From contig NC_082712.1 in the NCBI RefSeq assembly GCF_030144855.1, positions 90,086,001-90,150,000 on the forward strand: 64,000 nt of DNA, read 5' to 3'. Below, in pieces: positions 25,630 to 37,319 of the stretch (within the stretch, counting starts at the first letter, position 1; each line of letters starts with the position of its first letter). A program made the position numbers and the translations under genes. Below the pieces are notes generated by a model. It searched no databases, was not told the origin of the DNA, and saw only the letters and a program-made list of their open reading frames with translations. The stretch comes from Hypanus sabinus (taxonomy: Eukaryota).

Positions 25630-26820
25630 AGTAAGAGGTAAGTGGGCAGAGTAGGGAATAGAATGAGAGAGGGAGGGGAGAAAATGACCAGAAGGAGAAT
25701 TTGATGTCCATGCCATCAGGTTAAGAGTCACCTGGATGGATAGTGACAATGAGAAGGCAGATGCGTATTGAAATGGTTAACCACCGGGAAATGTTGCTTT
25801 TGGTGGATGGAGCAGAGGAGCTCGACACAATGGTCCCCCAATTTACGTCAGGTGTCGCCACAATGTCGGTGAGGCCACTTTGGAGCAGCTGATACAATAA
25901 GATGAACCAAACAGATCCACATGGTGAAGGTTTGTCTCAAAGGGAAGATCTGTTTGGAGCTCTGCATGGAGGTGAATTAGCAGGTATAACATTTTGTTTA
26001 GCTTGCAGGGTTATGGCTAAGCAGAAAGATTAATGGAAGGAAACAAATGAACAAGGGAGTCATGGAGGGAATGATTCCTGCAGGAATTAGAGTGGGATGG
26101 GAGTCAAAGATCTGTTTGCTGATAGGATCCCGTTGAAGATGGTGGAATCTGTGGAGAACTGTGTGTTAGATGCGAAGGTTCATGGGGTGGTAGGTGAGGA
26201 GAAGCTAATCGCTATCCCTGTTAAGGCAGCTGGAAGATAGGGTCTCAGTTGTCAAAGAGCTTAGCATCAAATGTGGAGGAAGGAAAACACTGTCCTTTAA
26301 AGGAGCACATCTCAGCTGATCTAGAAATGAAAGCCTCATCCTGGGAACAGGTGTGCCACTGACGATGGAACTGAGAAAAGAGAAAATGCATTTTATAGGA
26401 TAAGAAGAGGTAATGTCAAGACTATAACCTCTGAACTAATGGTATGAGGATTGATTTCTCCTTCCGATATTTTCCTTCTCCCTTCCCACTTCTTGTATTG
26501 CACACTCTGGCCCCTCGCCTTTTCTCTTTCCTTGCCTATCACCTCCCCCATGCTCCCCATTCTTCATTTTCTTGAAGGTCCACACTCCATGCTTGTTAGA
26601 GTTCTTATCAAACATTTACCTTTCCCATCCATCTGGCTTCACCTATCACCTTTTAGCTAATCCTTCTTCCCCAGCACCCTCCCTCCACCTCCAACTTTTT
26701 TTAATGTGTATTTCCCCCTTCCGTCCCAGTCCTGTAGAATGGTCTCATCCAGAAAAGTCAACTGTTTATTCATTCAAGCTGCTGAGTTCCTCCAGCATTT
26801 TTGTGTCCCTCTGGATTTAC
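25630..26820. mobile_element. Penelope-like element, inverted configuration
   Basis: Minus-strand body ~25630-26430 then plus-strand 3' end with pLTR tail (CAGTCCTG..GAAAAGTCAACTG..TCCTCCAGCATTTTTGTG). Confidence 0.65.
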
Positions 26821-27186
26821 AGCCTGTGTAACATAGCTTGTGTTTATGGCATTAAACTATGAACATATTCACAAACAAAACTAAAGGGGAAACATTTCAG
26901 AAATTGCCAACATTGCTGAACCATTTAAATATCCAGCTCATTTGGAAATCAGTTCTCTGGGTGGCTTTGCACAGATAACACTGAAACGTTGGATATAATC
27001 TGTACATCTCGGGAAGTGATCGGAGCACAAGGATGTGAAGACTGGCTTCCATCCCTGCCACTTCCATCTCTGTTGCTGTGATGTGACCTCGTTGTGCATT
27101 AACAAGTGATCTTCCGTTTCAGCCGGCGCCCAGGCCATGGTAACACGTCTGTCCCGCAACCCACTGGGAGATTTCATTCTCAGAAT

Positions 27187-27338
27187 TCAGTCTCCTCGAC
27201 TGCTTCCTTCTTCACAGTCTGAGCGTGGGCACCTGGAAATGGGCACATGGATTTTTGAGCGGGAAACTAACGGGCAGAGATGGCACAACAGGCAGACAGA
27301 ACATACACTTATCCAAGCAGGTGACAATGGTAATGTGT
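27187..27338 (-). pseudogene. Candidate cytoplasmic/terminal exon of receptor copy B
   Basis: Strong acceptor TTTCCTTCCTTCCATCCAG; phase 1 gives DTLPLSPAWISVCSVCLLCHLCPLVSRSKIHVPISRCPRSDCEEGSSRGD* with no Tyr motif. An alternative exon near 28350 is possible. Confidence 0.45.
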
Positions 27339-27414
27339 CTGGATGGAAGGAAGGAAAGAAAGAAATAGTCTATACCCACACTGAGAGGATGGTGGTGAAC
27401 AGCCTTCCATAGGA

Positions 27415-28010
27415 CATACACTTTATTGGGTATACCTGTACAACAGCTATTTGATACAAGTATTTAATCAGCCAATCATGTGGCAACAACTCTGCATAAA
27501 AACATGTGGATGTGATCAAGAGGTTCCGTTGTTGTTCAGGCCAAACACATGAATGGAGAAGAAATGTGATCCAAGTTCCTTTGACCGTGGAATAATTGTT
27601 GGTGCCAGATGGGGTGGTTTGAGTATCTCAGAAAATGCTGATCTCCTGGGATTTTCACACACAACAGCCTCCTAAGTTTAGAGAATGGTGCAGAAAAGAA
27701 ACAAATGAAACATAATATCAAGTGAGCAGCAGTTCTGTGGATGAAAGTGCCTTGTTAATTAATGTGAGACAGCAGAGGAGAATGGTCAGAAAATTCCAGA
27801 TGACAAGAAGGCTACAGTAACGCAAATAACCATGTGTTACAACAGTGGTGTGCAGAATAGCATCTCTGAACGCACAGCATGCCGAACCTTCAAGTGGATG
27901 TGCTACAGCAGCAGAAACTGTTTCAAGTACTATTTCTTTTAACTGTATACACTTGAACTTGATATAGAAGACCAGACTGGGTTCCACTCCTGCACCTAAT
28001 AAAGTCGCCA
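27415..28010 (+). mobile_element. Non-autonomous Tc1 derivative with both TIR remnants
   Basis: CACTTTATTGGGTATACCTG at the left and CCTAATAAAGTCGCCA at the right; Tc1 N-terminal coding remnant. Confidence 0.75.
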
Positions 28011-28691
28011 ATAAGGATAGACCAGGACAGCACAGGAACAGGCCAGTTAGCATATTCTGCTGTTCTGAACTAATAAAACTATTAAAGGCATGCTTAACTA
28101 ACCTGGCTACACGAGTATATCTCAAACACAAAGTACACTGCAGATGCTGAGGTCAAAACAACATGTACAACAAGCTGCAGGAACTCAGCAGTTTGGGCAG
28201 CATCTGTGGAAATGAGCAGTTAACATTTCAGGTCAGGACATGGAGTATATCTCTCCATTCTCTTCCCATCCATCGGAGGGGGTGGTTCTTTAACTCTGGT
28301 GTGGAAGTTGGGGCTTTTCTGGAATTCTTGTTCCTTGAGCCGAGATCACTTCAGATGGGAAGGAGATGGACCTTACAATACTGAGGCTCCTGGCAACTGG
28401 CAGGGAAGGGGAGATGAGTGCAGGGGTACATCAGCCAAAGTAGCCTGGTCCTACTCCTATTTTCATATGGAGGTGTGGGGGGAAGGGAAGGATCGGCTCA
28501 GTATGCCAAGAATCACAGAGTTGTGAACAGAGGATTAAGGAGGAAGGGATGTAATGGAGTATGGAGCCATCATTCAGAGACCCAGATGGTGCCGAAAACT
28601 GCGGCCCTCAACAGTACACCGAGTCTAACGGGAGGCCAATGTGAGTCATTCAGTCCGGCAGTGACCTGCGTCATCAGAAAATATAGGTTAC

Positions 28692-28847
28692 CTGCAAATG
28701 GGTTCCTCTTCATCAGGTAAATGCTCACAATCCACACCATCGCCAGCATTCCTAAAACCAGCACCGACCGGATCATCAGGATGGAGCCGTGACCCAGCTT
28801 CTGCATCCCCGGAGTTCCTACCGTCACTGTGGGGGTCAACGAGCCTC
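28692..28847 (-). pseudogene. Stalk/transmembrane exon of receptor copy B, with TM arginine
   Basis: 156-bp phase 1-1 exon: GSLTPTVTVGTPGMQKLGHGSILMIRSVLVLGMLAMVWIVSIYLMKRNPFA; canonical AG and GTAACC sites. Confidence 0.9.
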
Positions 28848-29054
28848 CTGTGAGATTGAATTCAGAGCAATGACTTCGGGACAGGAGAAGAGGGCAGAGA
28901 AACCGACAGCATGTGAGAAGCTGGGGCAGTGGCAGTTACATTAGGGGCCTTCTACAAAACTAGAAGTTAGGGATGTCATTGATGCAAATTCGAGTACTAC
29001 GTATCTCGACTCCGGATAGCACATGAAACGGCAAACAGCCGGCAAAACTCAGCT

Positions 29055-29386
29055 GGATGGCAGGCTCTTGACTCGACCCAGGAACAGCGGATGACAGGCT
29101 CTCAACTCGACCCAGGAACAGCGGATGACAGGCTCTCAACTCGACCCAGGAACAGCGGATGACAGGCTCTCAACTCGACCCAGGAACAGCGGATGACAGG
29201 CTCTCAACTCGACCCAGGAACAGCGGATGACAGGCTCTCAACTCGACCCAGGAACAGCGGATGACAGGCTCTCAACTCGACCCAGGAACAGCGGATGACA
29301 GGCTCTCAACTCGACCCAGGAACAGCGGATGACAGGCTCTTGACTCGACCCAGGAACAGCGGATGACAGGCTCTCAACTCGACCCA
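29055..29386. repeat. 34-bp minisatellite, 9 full copies plus partials
   Basis: Unit CTCGACCCAGGAACAGCGGATGACAGGCTCTCAA at exact 34-bp spacing from 29072 to 29378; no spacers. Confidence 0.95.
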
Positions 29387-31410
29387 TTCTCGGCAGCTCG
29401 GAACGAGCATAGCCACACTGCTGAAGAGACAAACCAGCAGCGAGTAGATGTAAGCCTGAGACTTTATGCTGCCGGTTCGAATAAGGATCAGGTGCCCTAA
29501 TCAAGGAGCCCAGTGGAACATGGGGGAAAAGGAAATTAACTGAAATGAGGAGTCAACGGACCAGACCATGACGACAACAACCGGTTCTCCCCAGTGTCTT
29601 CTCTCTTCTACTCTGGCTGAACAAAAGCCCCAAGACCAACCTTAGTGTCCCTCACCAAAAAAAAATCTCCCCCCCCCCCCCAGTTCCACCATTGTAGAAG
29701 TAGTGAGGTATGGTTTAATGCCCATTCAGAAATCTGATGGCAGAGGGGAGGAAGCTGTTCCTGAATCATGGAGTTTGTGCCTTCAGGCTCCTATACCTCC
29801 TTCCTGGAGGTAGCAAGGGGAAGAAGGCATGTTCTGGGTGTTTGGCGTCCATAATGATGAATGCCGCCTTTTTGCGTCACCCTGGACGTGAATTGCATGA
29901 ACTGCTGGATTGGATTCCACATTGTAATACACTCCAGCGCATTAGTGACTGAGCATGTGACCCCCATCCTCACGGCCAACAAGTGGCTGGGTTAGATCCC
30001 AGTCCTAACACACCCCTGCAAATCAGCTACTGAAAAAATAAAACCCCTGAATGAGTTCCCACTCAATAATTTACTCTCTGGGGTCGGTCAATTCCAAATC
30101 CGTGGATTAGGTTCCATCATGTAGCCTTACTCTTTTGTGCGATGTTTCTGTCGCTGATGTTCAGGGTGGGAGACGGACTGGGATAGACACTGGTTTCTCC
30201 TCTGAGCTCTGCTGCCTCGAGATTTTGAGAATATGCTTGCAGCCAATCGATTGCAAAGTGTTTCACTTGGGCCCCCACGCGTGGGGGACACTCTATCTGA
30301 GGCACGGGCTTTCGAGTGCGCATGTGACCGATTGATCATGCAATCAATCAATTGGGCCACCTACGTAGGGGTGGTCTCTGTTTGCGCAGGCTTTCAAGTG
30401 TGTCTACTCTGTTTTGGCAGGCTCGGTTTGTTGCTCAGAATCCACCATTACTAACGTGACTCCATGAAAACATTTGATTATATTGCTCCGTTGTCGTTCT
30501 TGCTCCACCCGCGCAAACGTAACTCTGAGCACAGTCCACGAGTTGGTACAGAGCAAATATACGGACACTGTATATTTCTGTGGCTGCACTTGGCTACCAA
30601 GTTAATCCTGAGCTTTAACCAGTGCTCCGTTTAAACAGTTCTTTGTTCAAATTTGGAAAATTAAGATCACTAAAAATCCCAAGGCAATAATGCCAACGAA
30701 GGCTTATTTACAGTTACTGACCATTGAACAGTTATTTTAATTAATTCTCAAGTATTATTAACCTTTAGCACATTGATCGAATGGATTTAACATCTGAAGT
30801 CTATATGGTGATTGGTATTTGTACACTCAGTAGGGTACAATCGTATACCTGCTCGTTAATGCAAATATCTAATCAGCCATTCCTTAACCTTGCTCTGTTA
30901 AGGTTGTCATAGCGAGGGGGAGGTGGTAATGGAGATGACCTCCCACTACCTATTAAATGCTCCCAATGGCGTGTCCCTCAAATATACTCTGTGAATCAAG
31001 TCCAACTCCTGGCCTTCACTGGCAGTTTAGCTACTAAACCTGGTGGAACTGTTTCTACTGACAGGAGAAGGGGCCTTAAAACCCATCACTTTGGGCAGAT
31101 GAGGCTCGTTAGCCATGGTTGGCAGCTCATCTAGGAGAAGGAAAGCTGATCTCAAACCTCCACTGCCTTGCACCTATACCCACTCATGGGGAAGGCTTCA
31201 GGAGTAAACTCCAAGGAAAATACAGAGCTGGAGTCCCTAAGGTGCCCCTACATTATTCAAAATTGACAGACAACTCCTACGACGCCACTGGTGCCAAACG
31301 GTATCAGTCTTAGTCATTCCTTGGGATTCATCAAATGAGTGGAGAGGGGGAGCCTGCTACATGAGTTGCTGCCTCATGTAGAGAGAGGGGGGGAGGGGGA
31401 GGGGGAGTGG

Positions 31411-31412
<2 letters not shown>

Positions 31413-31472
<60 letters not shown>
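31413..31472. repeat. (GA)n microsatellite
   Basis: Direct reading. Confidence 0.98.
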
Positions 31473-31473
<1 letters not shown>

Positions 31474-31734
31474 CCATGGGGTGGGATGGACTAGCCCACA
31501 GGTCCGGTAATTACACAGGGTCCCAGAGATACTGAACACCTTTCTGAAGGCATCTCCTCTTAAAGGCAGCACTGCCCCACAGAGCAGGTCACTGCCCCAA
31601 TCAGAATAATGACTGTAAACACCTCTAGAAGGTGGCATCCATGATTAAGTACACTCATGATCCAAGACATTCTCTCTTCTCATTGCTACCATCAGGGACA
31701 GCAGTCAGAAGACGCATACTCAATGATTTAGAAC

Positions 31735-32095
31735 ATTGAAATCTACATCACATTACAGGCTCTTCGGCCCACAATGTTGTGCCAACCAGGCAACTACTGT
31801 TGTGCCAACTACTCTAAAAACTGCCTAGAATTTCCTTACCGCATAGCCCTCTATTTTTCTAAGCTCCATGTACCTATCTAAGAGTCTCTTAAAAGACCCT
31901 ATTGCATTCGCCTCTACCACTGTCACTGGCAGTGCATTCCACACACCCACCACTCTCTGTGTGAAAAACTTACCTCTAACAACTCTGCTGAACCTACGTC
32001 CAAGCACCTACAATGTATGTCCCCTTGTGATAGCCATTCAGCCCTGGGGAAAAGCCTCTGGCTATCCACACAATCGGTGCCTTTCATCATCTTAG
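31735..32095 (-). mobile_element. CR1 3' end
   Basis: ORF GKFFTQRVVGVWNALP..FKRLLDRYM plus CR1 tail. Confidence 0.85.
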
Positions 32096-32354
32096 GATCA
32101 GCTTCTTTCCCTCCGCCATCAGATTTCTGAATGGTCTGCAGTTCCATGAACCTTGTTTTTTTGTCCTCTGTTATTTTTAGTAATTATATCTTTACACTGT
32201 GCTGCTGGCACAAAACAACATGTCAATGATAATAAACCTGGCAAAAAATCTAGAGCAAAATATTGCAAAGTTTTTAGACTCTGATTCAGGGCCACAACAC
32301 TCCCCAATGATGCCTTGAGACGAGAGCTCTCTGAAACTTTAAAGAAAATATTGC

Positions 32355-32590
32355 AGACATTTTCCATTTTTAATTAGAGATACAGCATGGTAACAGGCCC
32401 TTCCAGCCCAATGCCAGTGTGATCAATAAACCTACAAACCTGTAGACCTCTGGACTGTGGGAGGAAACCAGAGCACACGGAGGAAACCCACGTGATCACA
32501 GGGAGAATGTACAAACTCCTGACAGGCAGCAGCAGGAATTGAACCTGGGTCACTGGCATTGCAGTAGCATTACGCTAACCGTGCTGCCCC
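32355..32590 (-). mobile_element. HE1-like V-SINE (tRNA-derived)
   Basis: tRNA head with B box (CCCAGGTTCAATTCC on minus) and V-domain GTGGGTTTCCTCCGTGTGCTCTGGTTTCCTCCCACAGTCCA. Other copies at ~44960-45140, 46140-46250 and 50905-51170. Confidence 0.85.
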
Positions 32591-32738
32591 GTTGAAACAT
32601 TCGGAAATGAAAACAGTGAACCGGGTGAAATATTCAGCTGGTCAGACAGCCTCTGGGGAGGCGTTGGTACAAGGGTTGTTTTCAGGTTCATCACAATTAT
32701 TATCCAACCAAGAACAGAAACAGGAAGTGCCAGCTCAC

Positions 32739-33107
32739 CTTTCACCTTCAGGACGGTCCCAGAGGCGCTCTGCCACATCTTATATTCTTCTCCAATCATG
32801 GTCATGCTACAGAAGTAGGGATTGGAGTCCACTTGGTTCAGCCGGTGTATGCGGATGGAACCGGTCTTGTCTCGCAGTGGGGAGCCCAGGAACTCGATCT
32901 GGCCTCAGTATTCCCCATTGGTGTGGTTCAGTAAGGAACTGAATATATATGCGTCATCGTAGATACAGACTCTTCATCTGATGTTGAATGCTCTGGGTCT
33001 GCAGGTGTCTGGATACATGAAGAAGCAGGGCAGAGTGGTGGACCCACCCTCCTCACCCTCCACATCTTTTGGCTGCTCCACCCGAAACTTACTCCCACTG
33101 GACTGTG
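32739..33107 (-). pseudogene. Full-length IgV exon of PILR/Siglec-like receptor (copy B) with two nonsense codons
   Basis: 369-bp phase 1-1 exon: QSSGSKFRVEQPKDVEGEEGGSTTLPCFFMYPDTCRPRAFNIR*RVCIYDDAYIFSSLLNHTNGEY*GQIEFLGSPLRDKTGSIRIHRLNQVDSNPYFCSMTMIGEEYKMWQSASGTVLKVK. TGA at 32974-32976 (C-strand Trp position) and 32905-32907. Confidence 0.92.
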
Positions 33108-33664
33108 CTGAGTGAAAGGGAGGGAGCAAACAGTCATTTGGGAACCTCTGACCACATCTCATCTGGCAGAGAAAGAGCCGGTAAGACTCAGCATTAGACA
33201 AGCCCCTGCCCCCTGGCTGATGGACTAAGCTCCACCCTAAGACAAGAGGGGTGGGGGGGGGAAGAGGTGACCATAATACCATTAGACCATCTAGGAGCAC
33301 ATTTAGGCCATTTGTTCCATCGAGTCTGCGCCACCATTCAATCCGAGCTGATTTATTCTCCCCCTCAAAGCCCTTCTTCTGCCTTCTTCCCTTAACCATT
33401 AATACCCTTATTAGTCATTGACCATTGAACTCTGCTTTAAATACACCCAGAGACATGGCCTCCACAGTCATCTGTGGCAATGAATTCCACAGATTTACCA
33501 CACTCTGGCTGAACAAATTCCTCCTCATCTCTGTTCTAAAGAAACTTACCTCTATTCTGGGGATATTCCCTTTGGTTCCCAACTCACCCACTATTGAAAA
33601 CATCCCCTCCCCTCTTGTCAAACTCCTGAGTGAAGGGGTGATGAGGAGAGCTGGGTTTACTCAC

Positions 33665-33707
33665 CCAGCACGAGATGCAGCAGCACCAGGAACAGTGTGG
33701 AATCCAT
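33665..33707 (-). pseudogene. Signal-peptide exon of receptor copy B
   Basis: ATG..MDSTLFLVLLHLVL plus G, then GTGAGT donor; splices in phase to the V exon (..LVLAQSSGSK). Confidence 0.85.
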
Positions 33708-33920
33708 GGACCTTTCTCACCCTGGGTGTTGACCCCTTGCCTCGGTCACACAGACTCTGCCTCATTCCCCATCTGTTTTTATGTTTTTGCTTCTGCTTTC
33801 CACATTTCTCTGTCGCCATGTCCATTCCAGGTTTCAACAACCTCCAATCATTTCCCAACGCTTCCCCTGGGCCCAACGTCCTGGTTTTAATTCTCTCAGG
33901 GTTACAGGCATCTCGACAGG

Positions 33921-35955
33921 TACACTTTATTAGGTACACCTGTACACCCCTCGTTAATGCAAATTTCCAAACAGCCAATCATCTGCCAGCAACTCAATGC
34001 ATAAAAGCATGCAGGCACGGTCAAGAGATTCAGTTATTCTTAAGACCAAACAGCAGATTGGGAATAAATTGGATCTCAGAGGATTTGATCATGGAATGAT
34101 TGTTGGTGCCAGATCGAGTGGTTTGAGTATCTCAGATTCTATTGCTCTCCCGGGAATTTCAATCACAGCTGTCTCTGAGGTTCACAGAGAGATGTGGAAA
34201 AAACGGAAAACATCCGGTGACAGCCGGTTCTGTGGGAGAAAATACTTTGTTAATGAGATAGGTCAGATGAGAATGGCCATACTGGTCCAAGCTGACAGGA
34301 AGGGCACTGGAACTCAAATAACCACATGCTACATCAGTGGTGTACAGAAGAGCATTTGTGAATGCACAACATGGCAAATCCAGAAGCGGATGAGCTACGG
34401 CAGCAGAAGACAGTGAATATACACTCTTAACAAACAAGACAAAATCTGCAAATACTGGAAATCGAAGCAACACACAGAAAATACTGGAGGAATTCAGCAG
34501 GCTGGGCAGCATCTATGGAGAACTGTAATGTCAATGCTTCGGGCCAAGACCCTTCCTCAGGACTGGAAAAAAGCAAGGATGTGGGGTCGAGGAAGGAAGA
34601 AGCACAGATGATAGGTGAAACCAGAAGGGGGAAGGCTGATGTAAAGACCTGGAAGTTGATGCTGTAAGGGATACAGGATTGGAGAAGAGGAATCTGACAG
34701 GAAAAGACAGAAGGCCATGGAAGAAAGAAAAGGGAGAGGAGCATTGGGGGGGAGGGGGTGATAACCTGGTAAGCAGATAAAGTAAGAGGGAAATGGAGTT
34801 GGTGAAGGTAGGGGGAGGTGCATTACCGAAAGTTTGGGGAATCGATGCTCATACCATCAGGCTGGAGGCTACCCAGGCAGAATATAAGGTGCTGTTCATC
34901 GAACCTGAAGTGTGGCCTCATCGCGACAGTAGAGGAGGCCATGGACTGACATATTGGAATGGAAATGGGAAGTGGAACTAAAATGAGTTGCCACTGGGAG
35001 ACCCTGCTTTTTCTGGCGGACCTACCATCCTACCAGCACGTAATTCTCTGCAACTTCTGCCATCTCCAACGAGATCCCACCACCCAGCACATCTTCCGCT
35101 CCACTTCCTGCTTTCTGCAGGGATCGCTCCCTACGCGATTCCCTTGTCCATTCGTCCCTCCCCACTGATCTCCCTCCTGGCACAAGCAGAACAGGTGCTA
35201 CACCTGCCCCTATACCTCCTCCCTCACTACCATTCAGAGCCCCAAACAGTCCTTCCAGGTGAGGTAACACTTCACCCATGAGTCTGTTGTTGTCAAATAG
35301 TGTGTCTGGTGCTCCCAGTGTGGCCTCCTGTATATCATTGAGACCCGCGTAGATTGGGAGACTGTTTTGCTGAGCACATTGGCCAGAAAAAGTGGGATCT
35401 TCCAGTGGCCACCTATGTTAGTTCCATTTCCGATTCCCATTCTGACAATTCAGTCTATGGCCTGTCACAGTGAGGCTACACTCAGGTTGGAGGAGCAACA
35501 TCTCATATTCTGCCTTGGTAGCCTCCAGCCCAATGGCATGAACATCAATTTCTTGAACTTCTGGTAATGTCCCACACACTCCACCCCCATTTCACTATTC
35601 TCCATTCCCGTTTCCCTCTCACCTTATCTGCTTACCAGCCTATCACTTCCCTCTGGTGCTACTCACCCTTTTTCTTTCTTCCATGGTCTTCTGTGTTCTC
35701 CTATCAGACTCCCCCTTCTCCAGCCCTGTACAGCTTTCACCAATCAACTTCTCAGCTCTTTACTTCAATTTTCCCAGTTTCACCTAAGAACTTTGTGGCT
35801 TCTCCTCCCCTCCCACCACTTTCTTACTCTGACTCCTCCTCTTTTTTTTCCAGTCCCAATGAAGGTTCTCAGCCTGAAATGTTGGCTACTCTTTTCCATA
35901 ATATACACTCAGTGGCACTATGTTGGGTAAAGGAGGTACCGGATAACTGTGTGTA
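33921..35955 (+). mobile_element. Tc1 derivative split by a Penelope insertion
   Basis: ORF 33997-34416 is the Tc1 DNA-binding region (DHGMIVGAR..QADRK..SYGSRR); the element resumes at 35901 after a 10-bp TSD. Confidence 0.85.
34427..35900. mobile_element. Penelope-like element with inverted 5' segment and GIY-YIG C-terminus
   Basis: 10-bp TSD ATATACACTC (34417-34426, 35901-35910); pLTR tails at both ends; ORF ..RLEEQHLIFCLGSLQPNGMNINF. Confidence 0.85.
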
Positions 35956-36156
35956 AATGTCCTGGTCCAAAACTTAGCTGGGCTGATTCATAATCTTGGA
36001 GGCAACAGAAGAATTGGTGAATTTGTGGATTGTAAGGAAGGTTGTCAAAGGGTTCAGTGAATGTGAACCAGCTGGAAATGCAGGTAGGTAAATGGAGTAC
36101 TGAGTTTAATCAGGATAAATGGATGGTGCTGCATTTTCAAGGGCCAAGAGCAAAAC

Positions 36157-37150
36157 AGTGTTCCCTCTAATTTTTGGAATTTCAAGAAATTTTTTACACA
36201 GCCTGAAGTCTGTAAGGCACTTTAATTTTTTTTTGTATATGCATACTATGAATATTTAGAATAGAAATTGAAAAATATCACATACTTTTGATTTTATTTA
36301 TTAACCCAGGGTATAATGAAATACAACAAAGAAGTTCTTTCAAGTTTTGTAAGCTTTTCTGTATGTGTCTGTATTACAGATCTGTGGCTTATAAACAATG
36401 TCCAGATTAATTGTGCAGCCAGATTAAAGTTACCATAGAACTATAGAACACTACAGCACAGTACAGGCCCTTCAGCCCTCCATGTTGTGCTCACCCATAT
36501 AATCCTTAAAAAAAAGTACTAAACCCTCTTAATCTTTACCAGTCTTTACAATAATTACATCTTAATCCTCATCAGATCATCCAAATGGTCCACTTCTAGT
36601 CTGTTGCTGGATATGCATTTGATTGAATTCATAAGACTGAATCCACCTTCACAGTCAGCACTAGAAGCTTGAAATGTTCCAGTGATGTAAACAAGAATTC
36701 TCGTTTCTAAGCAAATAGTTCAACATATCAGTGAATTTCTTCATTCAACCAGTCTAAAGTTTCCTAGAACCAACAAATGTGAGGTCTCAGCATTGCAGCA
36801 ATATTTTTGTGTTACATTTAAAAAACAGCTGCACAGCAACAAAGACTACGTGCGTGGGAACTCTTCAGTTACTACAAGGCCATGCACCTGCACAGCTTAG
36901 AGGGGCGTGTGGAGGAAAGTATACAGCAAATGGCAGGACCCCTGATGCACTGAAGTACATAGGGATCTTGCAATACAAGTCCATAGATCTTTGGAAGTTG
37001 CCACACAAATGGGTAGGATGGGAAGGAAGGGAGACGCCGTTCTTGAATATAAAAGGTACAGGGTGCCATGTACACCTCCCACTTTATGTCAACATGTTTA
37101 TCTTTAGTCCATGTCACTCAGGGACTTGTGCCAATATTACTTTGTGGCTG
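36157..37150 (-). mobile_element. hAT (Tip100/ZNF862-like) transposon 3' end
   Basis: TIR-like CAGTGTTCCCTCTAAT at 36157; minus strand ~36570-36720 encodes a hATC dimerisation motif TFQASSADCEGGFSLMNSIKCISSNRLEVDHLDDLMRIK. Confidence 0.75.
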
Positions 37151-37319
37151 TAAGTGCTGGTTGTAACTTTGTGTTGTGACAAACAAGGGAAAATTTGCAG
37201 GTGCTGGAAAATCTGAGCAACACACACAAAATGCTGGAGGAACACAGCAGGGTAGGCAGTACCTATGGAAAAAAGTACAGTTCCATGCTGAAATCTTGTC
37301 CTGCTGAACAATCTGGATG

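Noticed and set aside
29055-29386. CRISPR-like array of 34-bp repeats
   Set aside because: Units are directly adjacent with no unique spacers, there are no cas genes, and the context is eukaryotic.
30117-30590. Possible Ig C/V domain between V and TM of copy B (C-x16-W; PTLNISD)
   Set aside because: Motifs fall in different frames, there is no second Cys or donor, and the region looks more like an unclassified interspersed repeat.
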